From NCBI GenBank assembly GCA_003427395.1, contig BFEA01000018.1:2741666-2805665 (forward strand): DNA of 64,000 nucleotides, read 5' to 3'. The DNA comes from Chara braunii. Its lineage: Eukaryota > Plantae > Charophyceae. This document shows, piece after piece, positions 13,001 through 26,401 of the stretch (positions are counted from its first letter, which is position 1; the number at the start of each line of letters is the position of its first letter). The notes under the pieces are model-generated. The model had not been told where the DNA came from. It searched no databases and saw nothing but the letters and a program-made list of their open reading frames with translations. Position numbers and translations under genes: made by a program.

Positions 13001-13033
13001 TTCAGAGGTGTACCAACTGAGCTAGGCCAGTTG
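13001..13033 (+). CDS. Candidate 33-nt exon (FRGVPTELGQL)
   Basis: Acceptor TTTCAACAG and donor GTGAAT. Phase 0-0, compatible with neighbouring candidate exons. Confidence 0.25.
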
Positions 13034-13386
13034 GTGAATCCTCCGTTTTCAGTCTCCTTGAGGGTTTCCTTTTTCTGTTTGTGTGCCCCTTCTTTCTCCC
13101 TGGTTCTTTGACGTCACAAAACTTAACAAATGAAAAATGACTTGACGTGGGGAAGGTAACCTGATTGGCTCCTTTGTCGGTCAGCATCTTGAGGCATACT
13201 GGGTCTCGTGTCCTGAGGCAGCATTGTTGCTGTCACGATACTCATTTGTCCGAACGAGTCGCTGTCACGCTCGTGTTGTGGCGTTTTTTCTTCCTTGCTG
13301 TCGCGCCTCTCTTTCCATGCCATTAGACTTCACAGCCTGATGTATTGGCTGAACTGCAGCTAAGATGTGTTGTTGTGCCCCCTCTC

Positions 13387-14430
13387 TCATGGAGGGCTGG
13401 CCTCCTTACTGTCACTGGAATACGCTGGCCCAGTGACTGCAGTGTTCCCCTTGAAGGTCCTCCTGTACACTGAACTGAAACTTTTGCGGTGTTTGGCCGG
13501 CAGCCTGGTCGCCATCATCCGCTCAGAGGACTGCTGCACTGAGTCAAACTTCAGCGCGTCATCAGCTATCATGCAGTACGTCTGCAGACCGTTTCACTGG
13601 GGACCCGCGTAGCTGGTCATCCTGTTCAGGAGAGTGCGGGCATGATAGCGTGTGATTTTTCATCCCCAACTCGGGTGTATGCAGGAGCTAGTGCATTTCC
13701 CTGACCGGATCCAGTTCGGCATCTGTCCGGCCAACTCAAAAATGTGGCCCCATGGCTTGCCTTGGTGCGTGATTGTCATATACCTTCCGTAACTTATGGG
13801 AGAACTGCAACGAGCTGGTGTGTTTGGCATACTCCATGATGTCTCCTCTCTGGCTTGCAGCACTTACGTCATCTCACCCCCTTACTGCGTTGGCCAGATG
13901 AGAAAAAACGAAGTGGAAATCATCTGCATGACTGGTCCTTCTATAATCAGTCTGCCCGTTGACAGATAGAAGCCATCTATCCACATCCTCATCTCGTTCG
14001 CCCTTGAACTTGCGGGGCATGTCCAGCTTTGTCCCGGGGTAGGAGGCCTTGCCTGCATCTGATCCCTGCAGGAGACTTAGGCAAGGTTGGCAGGGTCTGG
14101 TGTGGAGCGGCGGTTTAGCAGACAAGTTATCGGCCACGCTCTGCAGCTGGCTGAAACAACCGACACGTCATTCTTCAAGGCAGCCCAGTCGTCCGCATAG
14201 GCAGACTACAGACTACCTCTGCACTCGTCTCTCTGGCCAACATTTTTGACTCGTCCACACCTCCTCCTCCTCAGCTTCCAGCCGAGCCCTCTTCAGCTGT
14301 CTCTCCGCCACCGTCTGATTCGTCCGCTGCTTTATTTCCACTGTCATTGCTCTCTTCTCGTCCTCCTCCTCAGCTTCAAGCTGTGCCTTCTGCATGTCAA
14401 GCGCAGCAATCTTCAGTTCTCTCCACCACC
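13387..14430 (-). pseudogene. Decayed LTR-retrotransposon gag-like remnant
   Basis: Coiled-coil stretch (14213..14395) followed by KLDMPRKFKGERDEDVDRWL, which parallels LKPPPTFSGDEKDEALDTWL in the gag at about 37.1 kb. Confidence 0.55.
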
Positions 14431-14975
14431 GTTTCCTTACGTTCTATCTGTCTTATTACCAGCTGGAACACGTAAGTCTCCTTCTTTGTCTGTGAATGGG
14501 TGATAATGGACTACAACAGTTGCAATTCCATCTACATAGCTCACCCAAGACCATGAAGATCCGACCGAGACCTTCACATTCAGGACACTGGACGGTGGGA
14601 GTTGAGCAACCATTCCAAAATCTGCTTTCGTTCGGTCCTCTGCTGGTTCTGCTATGGGCCCCACCTACGGCTAAAACAGGGTGAACAGTGACTAACGGCC
14701 CACACTTCCACTGCACCATTAAAGAAAATGCTCAATGTTGGCAGTGAGAAAAAAAAAAAAAAAGCCACCCCAAGATAACGAAAGGATGCATCAGGTTTAT
14801 TGTATGTATCATTGAGCTGCCAGTGGCTGCCAGTGGAATAGGAACCGGTCTGATGCTCCGCCGGCCGAATGTGAAGGCAGCCCCCCTAAGGATCTGTTCA
14901 TCCGGCAAAAAGAAAAAGAAAAGGACTGAACGTTCCCCTGACACTCCACAGCGTGGTGCTGATAGCGTCCTGATA

Positions 14976-15160
14976 TATCATCAAACGGAACTGCCCGGTA
15001 AACCTTAGGCAGAGAGGGAGAAGAGGACAACAAACGAGGGGCTGTGAAAAACTGTTTCGTTGGGGTTTCACCCACTCATGAGGAGGCTGAACCCTCTACA
15101 GTCTGCAGAGTCCCCTAAGTTCCTAACTGATTACGCTGTAAGTAATAACCACCTTAACCT
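14976..15160 (-). mobile_element. Hammerhead-bearing repeat, copy 1 (degenerate type III hammerhead at 15049-15106)
   Basis: Colinear with 63489-63665. Minus strand reads CAGACTGTA-GAGG GTTCAG CCTC-CTCATGA-GTGGG TGAAACC CCAAC-GAAA-CAGTTT. Confidence 0.8.
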
Positions 15161-15985
15161 TGATATCTGTTCTAAACATGTCGAATGCATAGCCTGGCTT
15201 TTTTTTTTCTTTTTTCTTTTTTCTTTTTTCTTTTTTCGTTTTTCTTTGTTCTTTTTTCGTTTCTCTTTTTTCTTTTTTCTTTTTTCTTCTTTCTTTTTTT
15301 TTCTTTCATTTCAAGGTGAATGGGTATACCCTGCCTTCTTAGCGCTTCTATCATTTACAACAAATATGCTATGCGTTTGGCAGAGCCAACAGTTTGACAG
15401 TTATTCCCTCACGCAATGCTCCAATGGATGCATCATCTTGCATTCTAGCCATTGATGAAAAGAGGCCCAAGTACTGCAACACACATCCTTAATGAGTCAG
15501 ACCAAGGACAGATGATGATCAAGCATATGGTTGGATGGAGGACCAGGACTCAGAACCCAGAAAGGGAAAGAAAGTATACAGCCCGCGGGCAAGTGACCTG
15601 TATCCGATCGTTCTCAAAATATGCAATCATTCAAATTAGGTGCTTGTTATCATGGGAGCGAAAGTCATGGAGAACGACATGTGTGGAAAGTGAAATTGAG
15701 GATGAAGCCATTCAGGTTGTGGAGTGCAAACTGGGAGATAATTTATTTACCAGTCCGGTTAATGAATGGTCTCAGTCAAGCGGACACCTTTTCTTAATCA
15801 CATGCTTTCCTCTCCTCGCTTCAACTTCTTCTCTCTTTTCTAGAGCTGGGCATCAGGTGAGCTGGCAATGCAGGCGGTTAATGATGTGTGTTGCAGTTCT
15901 TGGGCCTGTACCATTCGCAACGAAAGGATGTCCACGAGAGCATTCCAAAAAGATGCCAGGGGGGGGGGGGGGGGGGGGGGGGGGG

Positions 15986-16114
<129 letters not shown>

Positions 16115-16490
16115 AAGGGTTTCACATAACCCATGTGCAGACGTGGTGAGTTCATTTGGCAGTTCACATGTTTGATATTCCATCTAGTTGATGATCTCCG
16201 TTGCTGCGAGAAGTATGTGACTGCTCTTCTGTGCTTTTCTTTTGCGTGTGTGTGTCTGTGTGTGTGTAGCCACAACCCATTGCAGGATGACGTTTTCCAT
16301 ACAAAAATCCCAAACACGTACAAAGAAGTACAACCTTCTTATATTGAACACAGTGGCACAGCCATTATTAAAGAGTAAAAGGGGCTGAATGCTGTGAGCA
16401 TGAGGAGGGTGGCAATATCCCCTGTAAAGGGCCTGAAGTGCTTTCTTTTTTTTAATTTATTATTATTATTATTATTATTTGGTGTGTGAC

Positions 16491-16542
<52 letters not shown>

Positions 16543-16717
16543 CACATTGTGTGGCGGGGAATTTCACTTGTCTTACTTTAGGTGGTATTTTACTATTTTC
16601 TCAAAAGACTCAACTTGTGTGTTTGCGAATAAAATAAAGGTAGGCAGCTGTCATTAGTCAAAGTCTATTTTCCAAGGACTTCTAAGCACAGCTCTCTTGT
16701 TGTTCCTATGGTCGCAG

Positions 16718-16897
16718 GTGGGATGGTGCAACCTCATCCGCAAAGAGCGTGACACCAATAACTCAATGTTTGTGGCTCAGGCTTCAGAGGTCTCCATATG
16801 CTCCACTTCCTTGCTGATGGGAGGAGGCGGCAGAGGAACCGCTCACCTGCGCGAATCTGCTAATGCAGTTGCTGGGTGGGCTAGCAAAAACTCTGAG
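16718..16897 (+). CDS. Candidate 180-nt exon of an unknown host gene
   Basis: Pyrimidine tract plus CGCAG acceptor and GAG|GTAGAG donor. Only the phase-0 frame is open (VGWCNLIRKERD..ASKNSE). Confidence 0.45.
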
Positions 16898-16953
16898 GTA
16901 GAGTTTTTGTCATGATATCATGGGCGTTTCGCCGCATTCCCAATTTAATAATC

Positions 16954-17002
<49 letters not shown>

Positions 17003-18263
17003 AATAACAAAGCGCTTTATTAAATGTGTTTGAAAATGTGGTGGAAAACGGTAAAGTGAGGAAGGAAAGGGAGTAATTGGAAAGTAAGATAAAGTAAGTA
17101 CGAATGTGATGCCGGAACAATGGGGGCTTAAAAAGGTAGGGCTGGAAACCAGGCATAAAAGGATATTAGGACAATATAATGCCGGAATAGGTATAAATGG
17201 GGAGGATAAGGCTTAGGTAGAAGAAAGGGTAATAGGGGTTGATATAAATGGGGAGGATACGGCTTAGGTAGAAGAAAGGGTAATAGGGGTTGGGTAAGAT
17301 GGTGCATGAGATAGTGACAGGCAAACATAGGTGTTATGTGGCCTGAGGAGCTGCTAGGGGAACCCCCCCTCCCCCGACGCCCTGCGGTGATAAGTAACCG
17401 GACTGTTGCCCCCCAGGATAGAAGGGGCCTGTTAATTTCGGGCAAAAAAAAAAAAAAAAGTGGTGGAAGCCAGGTCCAGCATCCCTTACATCAATTACAC
17501 ACCCACGCCTCCTTCCCTTCTGGCGGAAAAGATCATGAGTCAACACCATCGACTGCTTCCATGTAAGCGTAAGGATTTATCTCAACTCCCAAGACTCTAA
17601 AGAGTCTTAAAGTTCACATTGTACAATGTACAAGCGCTTTGCTGCTTGCCTCTACTCTACTTGTGAAGCAGCCCATGACCTCTTACGGGCCCATCAACAA
17701 AATGCGAACATACAATACAAAATGAAAAATGAATGGTGACCCTAAAGGGCCTAAACAGTAAATACTACAAACTTCCAAAAGTGTGCACAATTATAATGAA
17801 AATTATGAAATACAGTCAATGAAAACCACCGAAGGAATTTTCAATTTTAGCATCTAAGATCTTAAATGGTCCAAGCATTGCCAAGGAGTCAAGCTGAAGC
17901 CAACAGAAATAAATCAGGGAGCTTTCTGTTGTCTAATGGTGAAGTGGTGTAATTAAAATAATTATCAGTAGGATACACAGTTTACTTTGTTTAACCATGG
18001 TCTTTCGTGACTTGCAGTAGGAGCTGAAAGACTTGCAATGAGGGGAGCTTTGTTTAACCTTGGTTACTCTAAATTCATGCACAGATTTACTTCGTTTAAC
18101 CATGGTCTTTCATGACTTGCAATATGAGGGGAGCTTCTGCTTCGCATGAATTTAGACAATTTTAGAGTAACCAAGGAAAAACTATGACTTGGATTTGCAC
18201 TAAGGAAGACATTACAGCATTAAAATTTTAGAGATTATTTGACCCTCACAAATGGGAAGAGGT

Positions 18264-18347
<84 letters not shown>

Positions 18348-18702
18348 NNNNNNNNNNNNNNNNNNNNNNNNNNNNNNNNNNNNNNNNNNNNNNNNNNNNN
18401 NNNNNNNNNNNNNNNNNNNNNNNNNNNNNNNNNNNNNNNNNNNNNNNNNNNNNNNNNNNNNNNNNNNNNNNNNNNNNNNNNNNNNNNNNNNNNNNNNNNN
18501 NNNNNNNNNNNNNNNNNNNNNNNNNNNNNNNNNNNNNNNNNNNNNNNNNNNNNNNNNNNNNNNNNNNNNNNNNNNNNNNNNNNNNNNNNNNNNNNNNNNN
18601 NNNNNNNNNNNNNNNNNNNNNNNNNNNNNNNNNNNNNNNNNNNNNNNNNNNNNNNNNNNNNNNNNNNNNNNNNNNNNNNNNNNNNNNNNNNNNNNNNNNN
18701 NN

Positions 18703-18745
<43 letters not shown>

Positions 18746-18989
18746 AGAAAAAAAAAACAACGGAAAAAAGGAACCCCAACGAGAAGGCTTTGGGGAGAGA
18801 GGCGAGGGGAAGCAAGATGGGGATGGCTGAACTCAGGAGGACTGAACGAAACAGAGCAGATCGGAACTGAGGTTTGTATGTTTACAGAGGGATACATTTT
18901 TTTCTTTGCACAGAGAAATCAGTTCAATATCACTCGGAGAATATAAATAGGAAATTTCCGAAATTGATTATTCAATATGAAAATTTGAA

Positions 18990-19990
18990 TGTCCCTTGTT
19001 CTTGTCCATCGTACCCGTCTTCCGTATTAAAATTAGAATGTCCTTGCTGTTGTTCATGGTGCCCATTGGTTCCTCCTCCTCCATCGTTACATTCTCCTCC
19101 TCCGTCTTCCCCGCGCCCTTCCTCCTACATCGCAGCTTCTTCTCCCTCCTTCATCCTAGCCGCCTCCTCTTCTTGATACTATTCCTCCTCTCTTATAGTG
19201 CCCTTCTCCTCCATCCTCCTCGTGCTCCTTTCCCTCCTGCATCGTACCATCCTCCTCCTATTTACCCTCATCATCTTCCTTTTTCATTGTGGCCTCCTCA
19301 TTCTCGACCCTCCATCTTGGTGTCACCCTCCTCGTCCTGCTCGCCTATTGTCGCGCCCTCCTCCTCCATCCTGCTCCACGCTTCTCTTGCTGTTCCTAGT
19401 ACTCCTCATCCTTCCTGTTTTTCTTCCTCTTCACTCTCCGTCCTGGCCATGTCCTCTTTCCCCCTCTCCATCGTAGCGTAGTCCTCCTCCTGCATTGCAT
19501 TGCTTCTTGTCCATCCCGCTCCATTCCTCCTCCTCCTACTTCTCTTCCTCCTCCTCCATCGGAGCGTCCTCCTCCCCCATCCCATGCTGGTCGCGGTTCT
19601 CCTCCACCTCCTCCGTGTAGTTCTACTCCTCCTCCTCTCCCATCCTGCCGCGCCTGTTCGCTTCCTCAATTCCCATTTTACCCCTCCTCTTTCTACTTCT
19701 ATGCCCCCTCCTATCCCCTGCCAACTCCATCTCGTCTTCTCGTGTAGTACCTGCTCATTCCAAGCAGAAGGCGCGACGGGTCTAATGGTGATCGTGCAGA
19801 TGGATGTTGATGATTAAAGAGTATGATGATGGTAATGATGAAGGTGGTGATCAAGATGGCTCATCGTGATGATCGGTGACGATTGGTGATTGCTGGTGAT
19901 GGGTTATGATCATGAGGGATGGTGATGATTGTTGATTGGCGGTTGTCATGGTAATGGTGTCGAAGACGATGACAGATGAAGATGATGGGT
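18990..19990. repeat. Low-complexity (CCT)-rich then (GAT/GGT)-rich tract
   Basis: Composition seen directly; no credible protein. Confidence 0.75.
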
Positions 19991-20134
19991 GATGCCCTCT
20001 ACTCTCCGTTCCTCACTACGCGCGAACAAACTGAGCGCCTGCAAGCACGCACACGCTAACGAAGCAGGGACTTCAAGTGGGAAGCAACATGCGAGAGCGA
20101 GTGCACCGAATGCAAAGCACACAGGCAGGATCAA

Positions 20135-20795
20135 ACGGACCCCTCACGAGCCCCGCATGCATGCAACCGGCATCGGACCAACAGCCGTGCAGGGGCCGGT
20201 GCAGATCTTTCCAGAACCCCACGCGCGAGAACGAAAAGAAAAAAAGGGTGCAGCCTCTGCAGCGCAATGAGCGGTTGCTGCTGGGCCCACCCCCTCCTGT
20301 CCCGAGCGTTTTACCGAGAGTGGAAGTCGGGCCTCGCGGGGGCGTCACGCGAGACCCGGCTTACACGTTAGCAAGAGTATAGATAGACAAGTCGGATCTG
20401 CCGCAGTCCAGGGGCAAGGAGGAAGTGAAATGTCGATGGAGCCCCACGTGCATGCAGGGCGGGTGATATAACGACCCCTCATGAGCCCCGCGCCCATGCA
20501 ACCGGCATCGGACCAACAGCCGTGCAGAGGCCGGTGCAGATCTTTCCAGAACCCCACGCGCGAGAACGAAAGGGTGCAGCGCAATTAATGGCTGCTGCTG
20601 GGCCCACCCCCTCCTGTCCCGAGCGTTTTACTGAGGGTGGAAGTCGGGCCTCGTGCGGGCGTCACACGAGACCTGGCTTACACTTTAGCGAGAGTATAGA
20701 TAGACAAGTCGGACCTGCCGCGGCCCAGAGGGGAGGAGGAAGTGAAACGCCGATGGCGAGCCTTGTCATGCAGGGCGGGTGGTATAACGACCCCA
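20135..20795. repeat. Tandem duplication of about 330 bp x2, with a third partial copy at 22628-22745
   Basis: GCAACCGGCATCGGACCAACAGCCGTGCAG..GATAGACAAGTCGGA occurs twice. Confidence 0.85.
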
Positions 20796-20883
20796 GAAAC
20801 CCAAACAGGCTGAAACAGCAACACAGACACACACACACAAAAAAAAAAAAGAACGCTAAGACTTCTTGAAGCTCGGCTAGAAC

Positions 20884-21845
20884 ATGGAAAGATACACCAT
20901 GAGATTTTTGTGCATGTGGAGAGTAGCGGAGCTAAGAATGAATCCTCCGTTCAGATATGGAAAGATACACTGCCATCTTTTTTGTCTTTTGTGCATGCGG
21001 AGAGTTAGACAAGTNNNNNNNNNNNNNNNNNNNNNNNNNNNNNNNNNNNNNNNNNNNNNNNNNNNNNNNNNNNNNNNNNNNNNNNNNNNNNNNNNNNNNN
21101 NNNNNNNNNNNNNNNNNNNNNNNNNNNNNNNNNNNNNNNNNNNNNNNNNNNNNNNNNNNNNNNNNNNNNNNNNNNNNNNNNNNNNNNNNNNNNNNNNNNN
21201 NNNNNNNNNNNNNNNNNNNNNNNNNNNNNNNNNNNNNNNNNNNNNNNNNNNNNNNNNNNNNNNNNNNNNNNNNNNNNNNNNNNNNNNNNNNNNNNNNNNN
21301 NNNNNNNNNNNNNNNNNNNNNNNNNNNNNNNNNNNNNNNNNNNNNNNNNNNNNNNNNNNNNNNNNNNNNNNNNNNNNNNNNNNNNNNNNNNNNNNNNNNN
21401 NNNNNNNNNNNNNNNNNNNNNNNNNNNNNNNNNNNNNNNNNNNNNNNNNNNNNNNNNNNNNNNNNNNNNNNNNNNNNNNNNNNNNNNNNNNNNNNNNNNN
21501 NNNNNNNNNNNNNNNNNNNNNNNNNNNNNNNNNNNNNNNNNNNNNNNNNNNNNNNNNNNNNNNNNNNNNNNNNNNNNNNNNNNNNNNNNNNNNNNNNNNN
21601 NNNNNNNNNNNNNNNNNNNNNNNNNNNNNNNNNNNNNNNNNNNNNNNNNNNNNNNNNNNNNNNNNNNNNNNNNNNNNNNNNNNNNNNNNNNNNNNNNNNN
21701 NNNNNNNNNNNNNNNNNNNNNNNNNNNNNNNNNNNNNNNTGCATGTGCAGAGTAGCGGAGCTAAGAATGAATCCTCCGTTCAGATATGGAAAGATACACT
21801 GCCATCTTTTTTGTCTTTTGTGCATGCGGAGAGTAGTGGAGTTAA
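20884..21845. repeat. Tandem repeat of about 75-80 bp spanning an assembly gap
   Basis: GTAGCGGAGCTAAGAATGAATCCTCCGTTCAGATATGGAAAGATACAC on both sides of the N run. Confidence 0.75.
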
Positions 21846-21930
21846 GCCTTGTCGACATTGTCGAGAGTCGTGGAGCAAGGCCCCTTACTTCGTTGGTTAA
21901 GGCGGACAGTTGACATTGCTGGGGATGGCT

Positions 21931-22011
<81 letters not shown>

Positions 22012-22135
22012 CCATCGAGGGCGTCCAGATGACAGCATGGGGGGCAGATGCGGGGTTGAGATTGTGTACGAAGGCGGGTGGGGAGGACCACAGACATGGC
22101 CGGGGATGGGTGTGCAACAGACAGAGAGATGGGTG

Positions 22136-22186
<51 letters not shown>

Positions 22187-22872
22187 AGAGCATCTCCATG
22201 TCGGGATCGGGTGGGTATGAGCGGAGATTGCATCAATCGGGAGCGGGGAGCCGGTGGGGATGAGCGGAATGTTGTGTGTGTGTGTGTGTGTGAGAGGGAG
22301 AGAGAGAGAGAGGGAGAGAGAGAGAGAGAGCAGCCCTCCCCATCAGCACCACCTCAAAAAAAAAAGGAATCTACCCCTGTTCTAGCACAAGATTGTAAAT
22401 GGCCAGCTGGCAATGAGATCCTGTCGCCCTCAAAATCGGCAAATGAAACAGCGCCCTGCGTGGTTCGAACGGGCGCCACGGAAACGCAAAAAAAAGAATA
22501 ATGTGCCGCCACGCAAGAAACTTCAGGAAAAGGACAAAAAACAAAAGACAATCAGAATCTACCGAACCGCTGCACTATGTACTTGTATTCGGAAACGCAT
22601 GGTGTACCCCGCCCACGTGCGGTTTCCCTTGGGCCCGACACCCCCTGTCCCAAGCGTTTTCCGAAGACTGGCGGCCAGGTCTTGCGGGGGCGTCACCCGA
22701 GACCCACTGCAGTCTCTACTAAGAGTATATACTAGTAGACAATGGGGCCTTCAACCAGCCACAATCACAAGATGGAAAAACCTGCTGAACACAACCACTG
22801 GAGAGAACTCCAAAACTTCATGGGAATATCAGTGTATCACACCATTAAGATTCTACAGCCTCTTTTTTTCCA

Positions 22873-22908
<36 letters not shown>

Positions 22909-22943
22909 AGAAAAAAAAAAAAAAAAACCCGTATGGCTGCCAG

Positions 22944-23040
22944 GGGTGCTGATGAGAGCAGTGACCACTACTAGCACCCCAGCCAGGCTCCATCTATTAG
23001 TGGGGATCGGCACCTGCTGGAAAACGGGTCCAGCATCTCC
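22944..23040 (-). repeat. Copy of the dispersed structured module seen at 4548-4652
   Basis: Reverse complement reads GATGCTGGACCCGTTTTCCAGCAGGTGCCGATCCCCACTAATAGATGGAGC..GGTGCTAG..CTGCTCTCATCAGCACC. Confidence 0.75.
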
Positions 23041-24263
23041 AACGGCGCTCCATGAGAAGAGGCAATACTTCCGGACTGGTTGAGTACGGACTCAGTTTTT
23101 GGGATCCAATCGTCTGGATTGACTCGGTGCTAACTTTGAAGCCATTTTTCAGGTCCCTTTTCTGGAAACGTGCTGTACCCTCACATTTCTCAGATTTGCC
23201 CCGTGTCCATTTTGGTGCCAGAATTCCTTCTCAATTTTTTGGTGCCACCAGTTCACCTTGAGTCTGTTCAGACTCCAGAGTCTTCAGGAGTGCAAACCCC
23301 AACCTGCACTCAGCCGCAGTATTTATAGCAACAGCCACTAGTACTGTTCGCTCACTTGTTGATTCATTCTATTTGTGGTTCAATCGTTCAAGTGAATCTA
23401 TTGCGCTCCATGAATCTTCATGTGTCGAGTACCTTCCATGTCATCATCTCTCTGTTCTTCTCCTCCATAATGCGCACTTTTGAATTCTCTGAGTTCAAGC
23501 TCCTGTGCGTGGGAGTCGAGCCTCTCCAACCCTTGTGAAACCCCTCTCCACCACTACTGGTACACGGGTATCAGAGCAGGTCTTTTCTCTGGCCTGTTCA
23601 CCAGCCCTTACATTCCGAAGAAACGCCTGTGATTGCCCTCACGCTAGCACTGCTTGCCCTGCTTGCCCTGCTTGCCCTGCTTGCCCTGCTTGCCTGTCTT
23701 CAACTGGAGTGGCATGCACACATACGCACAAACTGGTTGTGTCCACCATTGAGATCAAAGTGGGAGAGAAGCCAACAGAAGGATAAGAGGCATGGAGAGA
23801 AGGCAGGCGTTTCACACAATTAGAAAGCTCTCACCTGCACACACCACGTTAACCTTGAAGATCGCAGGGAACAGCAAGTAACCCGCGATATGCACTGAAG
23901 AATCCAACAACAAATGTTTTTGGAGAATGAGCCACATTGATTGTGCACACATGTTTTCTCAGCCTGCCCACTTCTGAATCCGGTCTCTGTTGTCGAGAGA
24001 TCCATCACACATCCCAGACATTTGTGGTTGTGAAGGTGCTTTATCAAGCGAGGTTGGCGTGTTCAAGGATCCTGGACAACCATCATACCAGTTGCAGCTT
24101 TTCTATGCATCGGAAATTTTCTGTGTCATGTAGCAGCTAAACCCACAGGAGTTTACCGGGGGCGAACCGGAGAGGCCTTTTCCCGCTCACCCCCTCCCCC
24201 ACCAACTTGTATGTCGTTCTTTGAAGACTATTGGAGATACTTTTCCCCTGTGTCACGTCAGAA

Positions 24264-24358
<95 letters not shown>

Positions 24359-24829
24359 NNNNNNNNNNNNNNGGGGGGGAGGGGAGGGGGGGCAGGGAGG
24401 GAGTGAGGGTGCAGATGAATAGATGGAGGACATCAACATTATTGGGGCAGAGAGAACCGGGGCACAGACGGACATAGCCATGGACAGGCAGACAGACGAA
24501 CCAAGAGATTTACAGGTAGAGACTTTTTTATGTATTCGGTTAACTTGTTGTAGAGTTATTGTTTGCGCACTGTCTCATTTTGCAAACCCTGTTTGACCGC
24601 ACTGAGACAATCACCCTGTCCAATACCCATGCAAAAGGAGAGAACATGAAGGCAGGAGGAGGCAGTGAGGAAGCGAAGGGGAACACCAAAGGAAGACTTC
24701 TCTCTATTGGCCTGATTTTTTTGGAGATACCGGTGATTATGGTGATATGAAAATAAACAGGCTAGAGAAGAACTAGTGCCTTTTTGGTTTCATCGGATTT
24801 GCGGCCTGCGGCTTTCCCTTTTTTCCCAG

Positions 24830-24913
24830 GTTAGGGAAGTGTCAGGGCACCGGGCTGCATTTGGCCATTCTGATACTGGACCTCTGCTCTCCCAGCGCCT
24901 GCACCTAAGCTGG
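24830..24913 (+). CDS. Candidate 84-nt exon of an unknown host gene
   Basis: Strong TTTCCCTTTTTTCCCAG acceptor and TGG|GTAATG donor. Phase 0-0, open frame VREVSGHRAAFGHSDTGPLLSQRLHLSW. Confidence 0.45.
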
Positions 24914-25016
24914 GTAATGGTCCCAGTAGTTTGTTTGTTTACCGGGTTTTTTGTGAAGGAATTTCCAGCCTGCCCTTTGTTGGTGTGGTAATAGAATGAG
25001 CTGAGTTTCCTTGTTA

Positions 25017-25047
<31 letters not shown>

Positions 25048-26401
25048 GAAGCTGGTGCCTTTCTGTTCATTTTGAGGTTATGGTGCCGTAGTGCAGCAGT
25101 TGAATTTAAAATTTAAATGCTGTCCCAATGCGAGAGTTCGCTCATGTACCTGGAACAGAGATTGCAAAGACTCCAAAGAGATAGTAATCTCTGGTTCGAA
25201 CTCGAGATCGGGAACGCGAATGGAGTCGAGAGTTCCCCCACTACCGTCTTCCCCCGAACATAACGCATATGTGTTGTACATGAGTAGAATGCATAGGTTG
25301 CTTTACATTTGAAATTTGAATGCAAAGCATATGCGTTCTATTCGAAGAGCCATAATTTTTTGATACAGCGCATATGCATTCTATTCCAATTTTTTATTTT
25401 TTCAGAGTTTTTCATAAATGATACAGCGCATATGCATTCTATTCCAATTTTTTTATTTGTTCAGAGTTTTTCGTAAAATCGAATACAGCACATGTGCCGT
25501 TATGTTCGGGGGAAGACGGGTAGACGGTCGTAACAAAGTGGTCGCCGAACCGTGCCAGATGGTCGCCCGTCACTCGACTCTCCAACTTAAGTCGACTTAC
25601 GGACTCACGGTGGAACGGATCACTTCATGCTCGCAACTTTGCCACTCTTTTTTTCTTTGCTACTCGATTGAAGTGAGCTTGATTTCAAACTAAACAGACT
25701 CAATCATGCAAAACAGGGGAAGGACGGGTAACCGTGAACTCGAATTACCATCGAAAGCTAATCAATTACCAACTGGCCTAGCCCAGTAACACCCATGAAC
25801 TGTTGAAATGCGGACCCAAGTTCGAATCCAGATGCAAGCAGTTGAAGAGAAAAAATATTCAAAAATATCATTCTGAATTATCTGGGGCCAGTCGGTTCAA
25901 TGATGATATCTCAAGGCCGTCACCCTTTTTTTTTTTAAGAAAAAAAAAGAAAAAGAAGCTAATCTTTGGTTTAAACTTCAGACCCTGACGATGTACCTGG
26001 AAACGGAGGTTGATCCGGGCACATGACCTTTATTACAAGTCATAGAACGAAGGACACTCTCATTTCGAACACGTAAACATAATGGAAAGTTGGAGTAAAT
26101 GTTCATTGTCTGTCCACACATTTAAGCTGGATTTGAACTGGACCACATGGCAATGGTTGTTCCAATAGCATGACTTGGTCCGAAGGTTGGACCATGTTCA
26201 CAGTGGTGGGTAAGATTGCTCAACCTGCTGTGAAAGTTGTAGGAACATGCGTTCGTTATTGACTTGGTGGCAGGAATCGGTAAGGATGGATGATGGAACT
26301 GCTCTCTGGTGATCTTGTTGCCTCTGCCCTTTGAGACTTTGTTCTATCAACCCAATGTATCCATGTGTGCAATAGCATGTACGCATTGTACGGCTTAAAA
26401 G

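Noticed and set aside
13001-13033. LRR-like peptide GVPTELGQL
   Set aside because: One short match with no flanking LxxLxL repeats, so not called an LRR gene.
23651-23695. CPACPACPAC metal-binding-like peptide
   Set aside because: A pure 9-bp tandem repeat with no supporting gene structure.
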